Below, piece by piece: positions 22,535-36,200 of a stretch of DNA of 64,000 nt. The number at the start of each line of letters is the position of its first letter. Positions within the stretch are counted from its first letter, which is position 1. The DNA lies in NCBI GenBank assembly GCA_037447605.1, contig CM074804.1, positions 2,232,001 to 2,296,000 on the forward strand. Direction: 5' to 3'. Below the pieces are notes generated by a model that saw only the letters and a program-made list of their open reading frames with translations, searched no databases and had not been told where the DNA came from. Source of the DNA: Zygnema circumcarinatum SAG 698-1b (taxonomy: Eukaryota; Plantae; Zygnematophyceae). A program made the position numbers and the translations under genes.

Positions 22535-24426
22535 TCAGTTGACCAAACGCATCAGAATTCCATCCACCGTTATTCCTGGCCCATAGCCAAGCGCCAGCGT
22601 CCACGGGTTTCCGGAAGCGCCCACGTTGTCCTTGCGGACCTTGTCCAATACAAACAGGATTGTGGCAGCAGCCATGTTTGAGTAGTCGCGCAGAACATCC
22701 CTGCCACAACCAGTCACAGCTCAGTCAACCAGCTTCCGCTTTTTGCTTCTTAGAGCAGGTGGAATGCGGGTCTCTGGCTGGTCAAAGTCAGCACTCACCG
22801 GCTTGCTTGCAATTTTTTAGCGCTAAGTTTGCAGCCCCTCTCAGTGGCATCCACGACCGCCTTTCCTCCAGGATGCACTGCCCAGAGGAGGTCCTTCTCA
22901 TAGTCAATGTCGTTACCCACCAGCTTGCGGACGAAGGGGTCCACTGCTCCAGCTATGAGCTGCGCTGCCAGAAACGTGAAAAAGTCAGTGTCTTTGATGT
23001 AGGAATGTAAGGAACAAATAAGAGGGGGTGAAAGTGAGAGGGCGTACACGGGGGACGTCCTTGCTGAGGCCGGCAACCAAGCCTGTGCAGGACAGGCGAG
23101 CTGTGATGGCTTCGTCGCAGTTAGGAATGTATGAAGAGGCTGTGCGGTGCATTTGGAAGATTGGAGCCTCTTCCTTTGTCGGGTTGCAGCCAATAACCAT
23201 TGCTGGATCATCGCGTCATTCTGAGTCAGAAAGCTTCTACCAATGGCTTCGGAAGTAAAGTTCCAGAGAAAAAATGCTACTTACGTCCTGCCATAAAAAA
23301 TGCGTTTAGCTCACCTCCTGCTCCGTCACCGAAGATGATATTGACGATTATGTTGTTTATAGGGTTCTCAGGGTTCAACGGCTGCCCGTTAACTGAGTTC
23401 ACTTCCGAACACACGATGAGAACGCGATTCGAAGGATCAGCAAGAGCGATCTCACTGGCTGTCCGCATGCCAATGAGGCCGGCGTGGCAGCCCATGTAGG
23501 AGACAAAAAAGTGCTTCGTTGTGTCCGGAAGACCGAGTGACTTAATGAGGCGAAGGTCCAAGCCTGCACAAAAGGTCAGAAGGGCGTGACTTAGATCCAG
23601 TCTAAAAATCTGACCAAAGCGTCAGAGTGGCGTCAGGGTGACATTGTTTTCTGAAGGAAATTGCACTAACCAGGACAGAGCATCCCAGAGGATGAGTAAG
23701 TAATAATGTGGGTGATTTTGGACTTGTCATCCCCCCAGTCGACGATGGCCTTCTCGGCTGCCTCTTGGGCGAGGTCCACGCCAACCTGTTCGAACAGCTT
23801 CAGACGATCATCCAAACTCGGGGCACCAAAATTCACGAGGTTGGGGGAATTGAAATAATCCTCCTTGTAGAACGCCAGATGGCGGGTGCTGATTCCAGAA
23901 GAATCGTCTGCAAAACGCTCACCCGACATCAAATGCCATATTTCACACGCTATAAGACTACCGCAAGAAAACCTACCTCCCTTTCAGAATATAAAGGACT
24001 AACAAAACAACCCTTTATAAGGGTTACATTCAAGCATTTGAAGCATGGACAGAGTAAACGATAACGAGCATAGGGTGATTCGTATGCCAGAAGGATTTAA
24101 TTTCACTGTGCTTGGAGAACGAAAAAGTGCGTACTGATTTTTTTAGCCAAGCTCCTGACGCTGGGGTCGTCAGTGAGCCTGTCCAAGAAGTCAGCCGTGA
24201 AGTCCGACTGCTGCCACTTTCTATCCGGAACGGCAGTTCCGATTCCTAGAACATGAGACAGGGCCGCACTTTTAATCGCGCTTTCTTTCTCAACGGTGTA
24301 GTTGGAAGCGTCCAAATGAACTCCATTGATCTTTTCAGAAAGTCCATTCGCTCCATTCAAGTGCTGAGCACCGTTAGGCACAATCGGGGGAGCCACCTCA
24401 ACTGAAGAGAGATCTGTGCGGCCCAT
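22535..24426 (-). CDS. Type III polyketide synthase A (CHS fold; ORS/alkylresorcinol-synthase-like), 6 exons
   Basis: Exons 24426-24135, 23907-23671, 23563-23315, 23202-23048, 22959-22799, 22700-22535. Cys-His-Asn triad in YMGC, WAVHPGG and YSNMAA; also FGDGA and GYGPG. Confidence 0.93.
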
Positions 24427-26761
24427 AGTGAAAATCTCGTAAATAAAAAAACTCAAAATAATACAGGATAGAGATTCAGGCTGCTCAAATCCCTGCTTAA
24501 ACTGTGTTCCTGCAACTACTTATCCTGAAGAGGTCTGCAGGATTGCAAGAGACGCACTTTGCCCGATGAATGCGATGATCAGCGGCAGAGCACATATGTG
24601 GGAAGGCGTAGTGGAGAGGTCAGCCGGGATCGAAAGAGACAAGGCCTGCAGACGTCACAGAAGCCCTGACTCGGCAGTCAGCCATTGCAGAGTGCGCGAG
24701 GGGTCCTCGAGACAGTCCTCCCTCGAAGAACACCCCCGACATGGCGGAGCCACCCTCTGCTGTCAGGAGGTCACTCTCTGTGCGGAGGTCAGGGGTCGCT
24801 CCTCGGTCGCAGCGGCCCCCCGCCACGGCAGTCTCGGAGCACCCGCCGAGGTCGCCATGGACCGACCCTTCCTCTCCCCCTCCCTCCCGTCAGTTTCGAG
24901 TCGAGGCACGCGAGTTCGAACCTCCAAAGAGGCGCGGTGCCAAGCGACATTTTGTACGTTGGGGTACAAAGGGGCTCTGCTCGCTGACGTGGACAAACTT
25001 GGATGAAGTTTCTCAGTGCAAACTCGGCTGTGACATGTGCGGCCACGTGGCAATCGTAGGGGAGCCCACGCGGGCGGGGGACATTAGAAGGGCGGCCACC
25101 GACAAATTTGGCAAATGAACTGCGCTTTGACGCGTGACAAAGTCAAGGTCTCTTCAGGCTGACAAGGTGGCGACACGTGGCCCCATGACATGGCGGCCAC
25201 CGACCACGCACGCTGACCGAATTTTTCTTTTTTCTTTCTTGTCAGAAACGACACGATGATGACATATCGGGCGCTTCCGTTCCTATGGTCCAACTTGGTT
25301 CAACTTTGCTGACGTGATTCAACCCTGCTGATGCGATTTCGCACGTGTGAACAGCCGAAGTTCAGCAGTGGACGAACCTCGCTTCGGCGGTTGGCAAACT
25401 TTTCGCCTCGGTTTGCAACTCGGGCGGTTCATCAAGTTGAACCTTGAAAGCGCACCCCCAGTACAGTAGTTGCCTTGCCTCCTTCAGCAGGTTGCAGCTC
25501 CGCAGTTGCGAACTGAGCCTCCTCCCATGGCATAACGTTTGCGTGTAACGGAGTCAGCTAGCTTTGGAGGAAAAGTAAATGTATTCAAGGAAAAGTTTGA
25601 ACAACGATGTCAAGTGCCTCCCACTGCGTACTGAAAAAACGGCCTTAGGAGGAGGCAAACAAAAAATGCCTTTTTGAAACGGGGACCCCAAGTGCCTTCT
25701 GCAAACGCAATTTGCAAGATCATTTTTTTATTATTAGCAGACTGGTAGTGCCTCCACCTGTCAATCTCTAAGGTGACCGGCATTATGGTTGTGGTCCTTG
25801 TCAAACCGATCCCACAGCGGTCGTAGCGAGCATCCGGGGGCGCCCGAGTGCTTCCGCCAGGGCGCTGCTCGCCAAGCTCTTTGTTACAGCAGCAGGAGGA
25901 GCGCGCCAGAATTTGAAAAGATGCTCGGCTTTGATGGTTGAATAGCAAAAGCACACTCAAATTTCAGATTTTTTCCCTAACTCAGTGGTCAGCCCGAACT
26001 AGAAGTCTGCACCTTTTGGCAATGACTGGCCCTTTTGCACTGCTAACCGTCGTGGCCGGCCTAGGCCAGGGTGACGGTTTTGCAAGTTCCACGGCCGCAA
26101 TTTGAGTAATTTGAGCAATTTGAACAAAGTATGAAGCTACGATTTTAGTAGCACAACGAATACATAGAGTACGGTGCTTGACGTGCTTTCCCCTTTTTCA
26201 CGTTCAGCCCAAAGAAGGCGTATTAAAAATTTATTGCGTATTTTTTAGTGTGTAGTTTTTTCAAGTCTTTTGAGTGTTGTAGAGTGTTGTGGCGTGTCTT
26301 GGAGAAGTGTGGAGTGAATGCTATAAAATGTTACGATTTGCTATGAAGTGTCGTTGGACACTTGTGATGATCGGTTCCCCGTGGCTGTACATGTTGTTGC
26401 AATCCGTGCACATTTCATGGCATCGTAATCGCGCGATCAATGCCAGACCCATCTGACCGATCTGGCATCGGGCTCACAACGGCCAGGGCGAGGCCTTCTC
26501 GACTTCCCCTTGCGCGCTGATCAAGCGCCCCTCTGCCCCCGCCCGCACCGCTGCCTCGCAGCAGCCCCTTACTTCTCCGCTGTTCCGCCCTCCCTCCCAC
26601 TCCTCTCCCTCTCCCTCTTCCTCTCCCTCCCTCCCGCCATGTCCTCTCCTCTCCTAGACCGCTTTCGGGCCGTCCGACGCAGCGCAGCCGTCCGTCCATC
26701 GACCCGTTCCGTTCCTGCGCAGCACGGAACGCGTCGGCCATAGAGCCGCCCGTGTCGTTCT

Positions 26762-27077
26762 TATTGAAAAAGACGGAGTGGACATTGTACGATCAAAGTG
26801 AGGACAGAGAGAGTTGACACAAAAAGACAGATGTGTGATTAACGTGGTAAAAAGTACAATGTCCTAATCTTTTTTATATACATTGCGGCTAGAGCTACAC
26901 GACAAAGGAGTGTGGAACTAGCCTGAGTAAGGGCGGCTAGGTGTAAGCACAGAGCCGCAAAAGCACAACTAAACTAACAGAGAAAGTACAAGCTAAAAGG
27001 ACAGCCAGGTGAAAGTACACGTGGCTGGGAAAACGACAAAATAGTACGACAAAACTGAGAATGTCGGATTCTCAACA
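26762..27077 (-). repeat. Copia A 3' LTR
   Basis: Near-identical to 54481-54796 (two substitutions seen by eye). Confidence 0.95.
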
Positions 27078-29799
27078 CTCCCTCTCATTCGAAAGTGTGG
27101 AGTCCGGCAGAAGAGCGGTGAAGCTCAAAAGCTGGCCGATGTAAGGCCTTGGTAAGAAAATCGGCGGTCTGCTTGCCGGTAGGACAGTAGAGGAAGGTAA
27201 GGGTGCCGTCTTCAATCTTGTCCCGAGTGAAGTGGAACTGAATGTCGATGTGTTTGGTACGTTGATGGTGCACGGGGTTTTGCATGAGGGCAAGGGCACC
27301 TTGAGAGTCCGTGAATGTTAGTGTATGATAGTTAGCATGTTTTGTTGGAACATTAGTTTTGTGTGTTTGTGTTGTGTGTTTCCTTGGCAGCGGTGCGCGC
27401 CTAAGTTAGTAGGCGGCGGTACGGACATTTGGTCGGTGGAAGAGGCGCGGCGCGGCGGAGTCAGAAGTGACGAGGCGCGACGCGACGAATCGGAAAGTGA
27501 CGTGGCGCGGACGCGGCCGCGGAGCGAATTGAAGATGTGGCGCGACGCGCGAATCTGCGCGCGAATCGGAAGTGACGCGGCGCGGCGTCAACCTTTGGAT
27601 TGAACGATTCGGACTTGACGCGATGCGGCGTCAAAATGTCGGCGCGCGATTCATCATTGTACAGAGCGGCGTCAGATGTCGGTGGCGTGCGACGACGCGG
27701 AGTTTNNNNNNNNNNCACCAACAAGTGGTATCAGAGCTCATGGTGACGCGGAGGACCACGTCAAGTTCAGTATACCGGCGTTTGATGGGCAGGATTACAA
27801 GGCATGGAGATGGAGGTTGGTGCCTTTGCTTGTGGGCAAAGGGTTGCTTGGGTACGTTGATGGCAGCATCAAGGCGCCGGAGTTACCGGTTGGAGCCTCA
27901 GCGGGCGAAAAGCGGTCGGAGCACGCGTGGCTCGCCGCGATGGAAGATGCAGGACAACAAAGCCACTGGCTAGCCTTGATTGTTATATGGCGTAAGAGAG
28001 GAAGTCCATCTACATCTTTGTATGATCACGAAAACCTCTCATGCTATGTAGAGTGTCTAGAGGAGATGTATGATGTGAAAGACCAAATGTGACCTCGTCA
28101 GTCTTTACACTTTCGGCTAAGCGAGATGAAGAATGACGGAGGAGAAACTAGAAGCTTATATGTGGTCAGATTTGATGCATTGATGGAAAGGTTCATAGCC
28201 TTAAGGAAACCATTAGATGCAGACCATAAGATAAGCCAGTTTCTAGGGGGTTTGCCCAGGAGATTCGAAGTTTCAGTGGCAGCCTTGAGGACAGTTCTGA
28301 CCAATACCTCTATGGCGGCTTGAACAAGTTAAGCATTAGGATAAAGGAGGAGGATTAGATTGAGTTAATGCGGCCAAGAAGAAAGGTCTTTCAGCGTTGC
28401 ACACTTCGACCCGAATGAGAGGAGGAGGCGCCCAGTCGGCCCAGGAGAAGCCTTCGAATGTGACGCCAAGCTTCCACGTGTGGCAAGACCGGCCACTACT
28501 CGGTATTTGTTTCAGAACTCACTTGATCGGAGAAGGGAGGAAGCGGCTTCATCCGGTAAGAAGGAAAAGAAGAGGCGTTGGCGGCACTTGTTTGAAGTGC
28601 AAGAAGAAGATCCTAAGGATTAATTTGCAGAGTAGCGATTGAAACAACCTCATCTTTGTGAGAATCTTGAAGCGATTTTACGTAGGGAAGGATTGAGCGA
28701 GAGGACTGAAGCGACGTGGGTGATTGATCGGCGCTTCCACGCATATGTGCGAGCACATCGATGTTCTCAAGCTGGCTGACTTGGAGAAGGCTTCATTTCG
28801 GTTCATTATTGCTTAGGTGAAGGAGTCACGTGTGGCGAGAATTAGGCGTGAGGATGGTCCTCGAGCGGCTTTCGATCATCAATGAAGGCGATGTTAGGGC
28901 GCTCATTGGTGATGATGTAGCCCCCTTTGAGCCTCATCGCGAGAATTTCGTAATACGTGAGCCAAGTGTGCAAGAAGGAATCTGATGTTGTTTGAGAGAA
29001 GTCATCGTGGCTATCATTGGCCAGGAGAGCGGTTATTCGGGGATTTATGAGAGAGAGGAGGGCATGTATTATCTTGATTATAAGAGAGAGAGAATCATGA
29101 GGAGGAGAGGTGCATGCGGTTGAGAGGAGAATCTTTGTAGATGTAGCATAAGTAGACTTGGACACTACACCTGAGGCATGAAGCTTTTTAGTGAGAGAGG
29201 GCTAGTCAGGTGGACTAGACACAGTGTGGAGAAGGGCTTGGGGTTGCCGAGAATGTGTGGAGGCAAAGGCGCTGAGGGCAGTCGTGAGGAGTGGAGCGAG
29301 TCTGTCCCGGTAGCGAGAAGTTGGGCGGTACATTGACTTGTGTGGCCCGATTACACGGCGACGATGGCGGGCCCGAGGTATAGATCACCTTCATTGACAA
29401 TATTCGAGAAGATTTGGATTACACTCACGAAGAACAAGTCAGAGGAGCTTCCGGAGCCTTTTCGAGGCCCAGGCCCCGAACAGTATTTGGAGACACAAAG
29501 AGCGGGGAGGCCCGAAGGCTGAAGGCGCCGTTCGGACAATAATTGGCGAGAGTTCAAATCGGAAAGGTGCATTCACAGAAGAACGTGGTATAAGGCATGA
29601 ATTCTCAGCCCACTATTACCTGGTATGGAGCGGTGAGCATTCATGAATAGGACATTGAGGGGACATGGCGGCGGACCATGTTGATTGATTCCCCCTTTCC
29701 GGCTTCCTTTTGGGGAGAAGCAGTTTCTACGGCTGCTTACATTAGGAACAGATGTCCGTCTTCTGTTCTGAAAGACCAGGTCCCTGAGCAGATGTGGAG

Positions 29800-30263
29800 T
29801 GTAGCGAAACGCTATACATGGGTTGTATGGCCGAGTACTTACATCCGCGGTTGCCTTTTAATGGTAAAGCACTTAGGTGAATACCGGGAGGTCCTGAGTT
29901 CGAACCCTGCTGCAGGCAGGTTCGTTACATTGGTATCAGAGCCTAAGGACTGGTATTTGCAATCCACCCCAAAAACACCGTGATCTCTGAGCATGGTACG
30001 GATTGACTGAGGCCAGGCAGTCAACTATGACCAGAGGGTCTGAGGCCGTAGGTCCATGTGTTGAAGGAGCTTGAACGCTGCTCGTGAAAAACCTTGACTG
30101 CGCTCGAGGACGAGCCCGGTTTAGGTGGGGAGGAATGTAGCGAAACGCTATACATGGGTTGTATGGCCGAGTACTTACATCCGGCGGTGCCTTTGTGGTA
30201 AAAGCACTTAGGTGAATCACAGGGAGGTCGAGTTCGAACCTGGCGCGAGGCGGGTTAGATTTT
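29800..30263 (+). mobile_element. TRIM (non-autonomous miniature LTR element) with tRNA-like LTRs, inserted in the Copia B integrase
   Basis: LTRs of about 130 bp at 29800-29929 and 30136-30263 (TGTAGCGAA...TTCGTTACA); PBS TGGTATCAGAGCC 29931-29943; PPT AGGTGGGGAGGAA; about 200 bp of non-coding interior; TSD TGGAG/TGGA(A)G. Removing it rejoins the host integrase motif QMWS-GR. Confidence 0.85.
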
Positions 30264-33200
30264 ATGGAAGTGGGAGAAGCCCACCTGATTTCCCACGGCG
30301 AGAGGACCTTTGGCGTAGCGATCTTTGGTACACCTTTGCCCAAAGCAGCGGCAGAAGAAGAAATTCGACCCCGGCGTGGAGACTCGTGCTCGGCTACGCT
30401 TTGGCGGCGCACCTCACGGGGTTTGGAACCCTCGGCCGAAGGAAGTTCTCGGGGCGAGACATTCTGATTGATGAAGATCGTCTTTGTGGCGTGTTGCAGA
30501 GACTCGAATCTTACCTCAGGTGGCGGCCTGAAGATAGGTATGCGAGGAGGGAGAAAGCGATTGGAGAGAAGGGTAGTGTCGCGAGGGTGCAGCCGCGTCG
30601 GCAAATAAGAAGGAGCGAGGCAGTGGCGGCGACAAGTGTTGGTGATGATGGAAGGCGCGTGGGCGCGCATCGCGGAGGAACGCCTGATTCAGCGAGCGAT
30701 TCCCCTTCACACTCACTCGGTGGTGAAGAGAGGAACTGATGGAGGTAAATTAAAGCAGCAAGGTGAGAGGATCTTGGCGGCCAGAGAGGAGGCAATGTTA
30801 GCGAACATGCCCCGAGGTTTTGTTCACTGGACTCTACTTCTACCGAGGACGAAGTCGCGAGCAATCGGGAGGAAGCGGAACGGCGACGGTCGGTTTTCGC
30901 ACGGTACCATCGATCCAAGAGATGCCATTCAGTTAGGCCTTGTGGGGAGTTGCCTTTGTTTCATGATTAGAACCCCACCGGACCTTTGAGGGAGAGGCGC
31001 CGCGGCCGAAGTCGATGGCGATAAGTGGCGGAGTTCGCGATTGATGGCGAATGGGGCGGCTGATCGAGAGCGGCGCGTGGGGGTGGGGAGAGCACCGAGG
31101 GAGGCGAGTTGCTCGGCTGCAAATGGGTCTTCAAAGTCAAGAGGAAGGCAGACGGAAGCGTGGATAGGTACAAGGCGCGATTAGTGGCGAAAGGATACGG
31201 CCAGCAGTATGGGATTGACTACATGGAGACGTTCGCTCCAGTGGTAAAGTTCAATTCCTTGAGAGCCTTGATTTCCATTGCAGCGGCTGAAGGAATGCAC
31301 GTCCATCAATTGGACATCAAGACGGCATTTTTGTATGGTGATCTCACGGAAGAGATTTACATGGAGGCGGCCGGAGGAAGGTCGTCGGGAAGAGAGCACC
31401 TAGTGCATGCGGTGAAGAGCTTTATCTACGGCTTGAAATGACGTAGAGTCAATGGTCTGAAAAGATTGGCGATCTTTTGAGGAGGAATGGCTTTGCTTCG
31501 GTTTGAGGCCGAGATCATTGATTAATGCCGGAGTCAGGAGGGGGCAGACATCATGTTCGTTGGGATCTATGTCGACGATCTCATCATGGTGAGCTCATCA
31601 TGATCATCATCATCATCATCTCATCATCATTCCCTTGAAAGAATCAGATCTTTGAAGGAATTGCTACAGGCAAATTTCAAAATGTCAGATCTGGGAGAGG
31701 CGCAGTATCTGCTGGGAATGCAGCTGAAGAGGGGGCAGGATGGAAGCTTGTTTCTGTGTCAAAAAAAGTATGCTTCAGATGTACTTGCCCGATTTCGAAT
31801 GGAGGATGCTAGGCCGTGTTCCAGCCCCATGGAGATCGGCACTAGGCTTTCGAAGGAGATGTCACCTTCGTCGGATGCGGAGGCACAAAAGATGTTCGGA
31901 GTGCCATACAGATCCGCGATTGGGAGTCTAATGTACTTGATGTCCGGAGCGGCGTCGGGACTTGGCAGCGGTGAGCTTCGACGGTAGATTCATGGAGAAT
32001 CCGGACTCGAGCATTGGGGCGGTGAAGAGGGATTACCGAGGATATGAAGGGGGCGCTCGATTCACGGAATCAGGTATGAGAGGGCAACCTGGAAATGATT
32101 AGCTACTCTGAGGAGGCTGATTGGGAGAGATGTCGTCGTCCTTCATTGGGTTTCGTTACTGAATGGAGGAGGCTTGATTCGTGGAGTTCGAAGTTCGCGG
32201 GAATTTCCGGTGGCGTGCTCGAGCGAGGAGAGGCGTCGCGTAGGTCTTGTCATCTTGAAGGAAAGGAGTGTGATTCATCGGTGCTTTTGAAATCACGAAG
32301 GACCAACGACGATTACCTTATTTACACGGCAATCCGTCGTCGATTGCCACAGTAGGAGAAACCACATGTTCCTAAAGAGGACCAAAGCGTAGCGTGCAGT
32401 GCGATACCGTATATGCGGGGAGTTGGTCGAGGAGGAGGGCTTGATTGAAGTGAAGTTAAGTAGGCACCAAGGGCGGGCGCGAGATATGCTAACAAAGGGA
32501 GTTAGTGGGAAACACTATTAGTCAGCAGGTTGATTGGGGCGGGGCCAGCGCCAAAACTAAGTTCCCAAAGAGGGGATTGTTGGTGTATGATGGTTAGCGT
32601 GTTTTGTTGGAACATTAATTTTGTGTGTTTGTGTTGTGTGTTCCTTGCTTGGCGGCGGTCTTGGCGCTAAGTTAGTAAGCGGCAGTCACCCGGACATTAG
32701 TCGGTGGAAAAGAAGCGCGGCAGCAGCGGTGAAATGCGGCGCGGCCTTGGCAGCGACAATCCGGAAAGAAAATGGCGTAAGCGGCGGGCAGCGAGCATGA
32801 GCTGAGTAGTGTGGCGCGGCAGCGAATACTGCTTGTGAGTCGGAAGTAGCCTTGGCGTGTACTGGATTGAGCGATTGAGACTTGGCCAGCGTCGCGGCGT
32901 CAAAATGTCGGCGCGATTCATCATTATGCGGGCGGCGTGGATGTCGGTGGCGTCGCGGCAGCCTGTAGCGGAGTTTTAACGGCGTCATCCAATCTTTGGA
33001 AGCGAGGCCGGATCCCTCTGGTATAGGCGATGAATTAACAAGCCGTCCGGATCGGCCAGCGCGGAGAAGCAATCACCCGGGATCGTGTGGGCAACGAGGA
33101 TAAAACCCGGCGCGGGGATGAGGTCCGGGGATAGGGCCGCCTGCGGTATTTGTGATGTTGTGAAACTTAAGTTGTATGGTAGTGTCACGGGATGTTTGTG

Positions 33201-36200
33201 GCGTAGTATATAGTGTGTTGTTTTGTTTGATTGTTAATCTTTAACCCGATTATCAGCGTAGCTATTGTAGACTCTGAGAAGGCGATCTTCCGTGTTCTTG
33301 AAAATTCTGACTTCTTTGTCTTCCACCTGCTTGAGGTAGTGGGCTTTTACGAGTTTATTGGGCTATTTGAGGGAAGTCTCTCATTTTGTGTTGATAAGAT
33401 TGTTGAAGCGGTGCCCACGACTGTTGGAGGATGCCTCACGATGAGGACGTCTCTCCTTTTAGGAGAAGCTAGGAGGCGCCGCTGCGAGGAGCACAAGATC
33501 CTCATTTCACAAAGCTTAAAAGCGGCCCAGCCGAAAGAATGAAAGAGCGGAAGCAGAAAAAGAAAGTAGATTAGAAGCGCGGCCTAAAACTCTTAAATTG
33601 ATTGAAGTACAGCGTCTGTGAGAGCCCCTCCCCTGCGCCTCTACTCGCTTACTACAAGACTACCTTCAGTAGCAGGCTCCACAGCATTCAGCCCAGCTAC
33701 ACTCTTTAACTACCATGATCTCTGTTCGAGTTAAGTCTCAAAGTTACTCCCTCTTGCTATCACTTGCGCCCAGCAGCAACACATGGCCTACTTAACCCCC
33801 TTGGCTACTTAGCCTTTAAGCCTTGGCTAGCCTGTGGTGATTCGCCCAGCGTCTGGCGCTAGCGTCTGTCGCGCATCCTTGTTTAGCGCTGATCAAATCC
33901 ACGCGCCTTTAGTTAGCGGCGCCCAGCGTCGCTGGCATACTTAGTTCTTGGCAGCAGCGTCTTGTCGCTCCGTTTAGAACTCGTCGCCCAGCGCGGCCGG
34001 CCGTTAGCGTCAGTCGCAATTTCTTATTCGTGACACCGTTCTTCGCGCTTTCCGTGTCTTTATCTTAGCGCCTCTGAGCTCTGAAACGGCAATTGGATTC
34101 GACCACAGGCTACCGCTAGCCGCCCACAGACTCCCCGAACAAACCGCGTCGCGGCTCATTGCTTATGTACCCATTAGCTAATGTCTGTACTTGACCACCT
34201 GCTTGCAGTGCTTGGTTCGCTTTGAGGCCCGATCTAGGCGTCTTTGTTTTTTCCACAAGCGTCTCTCCGTTGACCCGCTTTTTGTGGCGTAATACCTTTT
34301 GCACAGTGGCACTACGTGCAGCATAGGCTAGGTGGTCTTTCCTTGACATGAGCCAGCAGTGATCTTGGTCTTATGTCTTTTGACCTCTTGTGAAAAGCTG
34401 GATTTTCGCATCCAACCGAAATTAGATTTGGGCTGATTTATGCAATAGCAGTACTTGAGGAGTTTGAACTCTCAGCAGCTCTTGAAGCTGCTTTACTTGG
34501 CCGAGGCTGGCAGCGCGTGGCTTGCCGTATCTTCCGACCGTGCCCAGGCGCCCGGCTGAATCCTGGAGGAGCACGGAGCTCAGTCGCTGGCTCACATTAT
34601 TAAACTGAATCATGTGAGAGGTAGATCTACATTTGTATCTGCGTCGCCTCCCAATCTGCGTCAGGTATAACTAAATACGCTTTCAACTTCCGTTCAGAGC
34701 TTCAAAGCGATCCCACGTAGTCAAAGTCCACACTTAGGAAGCTTGAAGATCCTCTTGTGACCTCCCGATACTTTCTCCCTGGAAATTCCGTATGCACATT
34801 ACATTTGTCTTGCTTTGCACTTAGCAATCACGGCGCACGTACTTTATCATCCAGAAATCATTAAAGAGCAGATGGGCGGCGCAGCTATGGAACACTTTCC
34901 GAAAATCTACTTGACGTGGTAGGTGGCGATTGGTAGCTTCTGGGAAGGATCCGTGGGGCTTGTGCATGGGTGCACTTGTCCATTCTGAATTGCTTAAGAC
35001 ATCGCTTCGTACTTCTCTTGACTAGGAACAAAGCGCCCATCGGCCCCCCTCTTGTTTGAATTCCTAATAAGTAGTGAGCCTCCCCTAAGTGCGACATCTG
35101 AAAGTTCTTCTTCATCAAGTCCTTCAAACTCTGAATGCTTTCCATGGAAGAACTAATAATGATCAGATCATCAACGTAAATGCCCACATACAAAAGCTCT
35201 CTCCCGGTACCTTTGCTGTAGACTGAGTGGTCGATTAGGCGCTTTATACACTCCTCCGCCAGATCATCGATCTTTTTGAGTACCGAATCGGGGGTGCACA
35301 GCGAGGCAGTAAAGGCTCTTCACCGGCCTACGCCACAAAGGTGCTCCTTGCACGCTACCTCTTGGAGTGCCCTCGGTTACTCCCATATAGATCTCTTCAC
35401 TAAGATCCCCATAGAGAAGTACAGTCTTAATATCAAGGCGTGGACATGCATCTTCTAAATTTCTTTACAATTAAGGAAATGAGTGGCGAAGAGAGTTGAA
35501 TTTTACCAGCGGTGCAAAAGGTCTCCGAGTAATCTATCCCTCCTTTTGGCTATACCCCTTGCCACCAGCCTAGCGCCTTGAGCGATCCCGCGCTCCCCAT
35601 CCGCTTGTGCTTCACCTTGAACTTGGCTGAGCCTATAGCTTTCCTACCTTTAGGAGCTCCTCTAATCTCCACGTTCCATTTTTTCCTCGAGGGGCGCCCA
35701 GCTCACTGCTCGATGGCCACCCTCCACTTTTGAGAATCCTCACCTTGCAAGAAACTTCTCCATAGCTTTGAGGTTACGAAATATGCTGCGTATCCTCTTG
35801 AGATTCTTATTCTGCAAAATCAGCCAGTCACTAGGTGTCCTAACCTTCTTCTTTCGTCATCTTCCAAGAGGGTTGTTGGTGGAAGTGGGGCCAACCAGCG
35901 GGGTGCTTGAGCCCAGGTCAGGCCTCCTCCTCAACGACCTGTATAAGAAAGGTTTCTCAGTCTCTCTTGATTTCGTGCGCTGGGCTGCTGCAAGTCTTCC
36001 TCTGGGGTGCATCCCCTGAGCTGGGCCTTCCTCGGGTAGAGGCCCTAGTGGGCTAGCGACCCCTGCTCCATTGTGGGCTACTCACGAGACATCGGTTCTA
36101 CCACCTCCTCGGCCCTTCTTGAATCATCACGAGAACCATGGAAACACTAAGCTACGCTTTCGTGTTGGCGTCCTTCTCCACGTCTAACTTTTACATTTTA

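Noticed and set aside
29845-29918. A functional tRNA gene
   Set aside because: Stems are imperfect, there is no clear anticodon arm, and it is duplicated as part of the TRIM LTRs.
31596-31630. (ATC)n microsatellite within Copia B RT
   Set aside because: It sits in an error-rich region right after YVDD; likely slippage or an assembly artefact.
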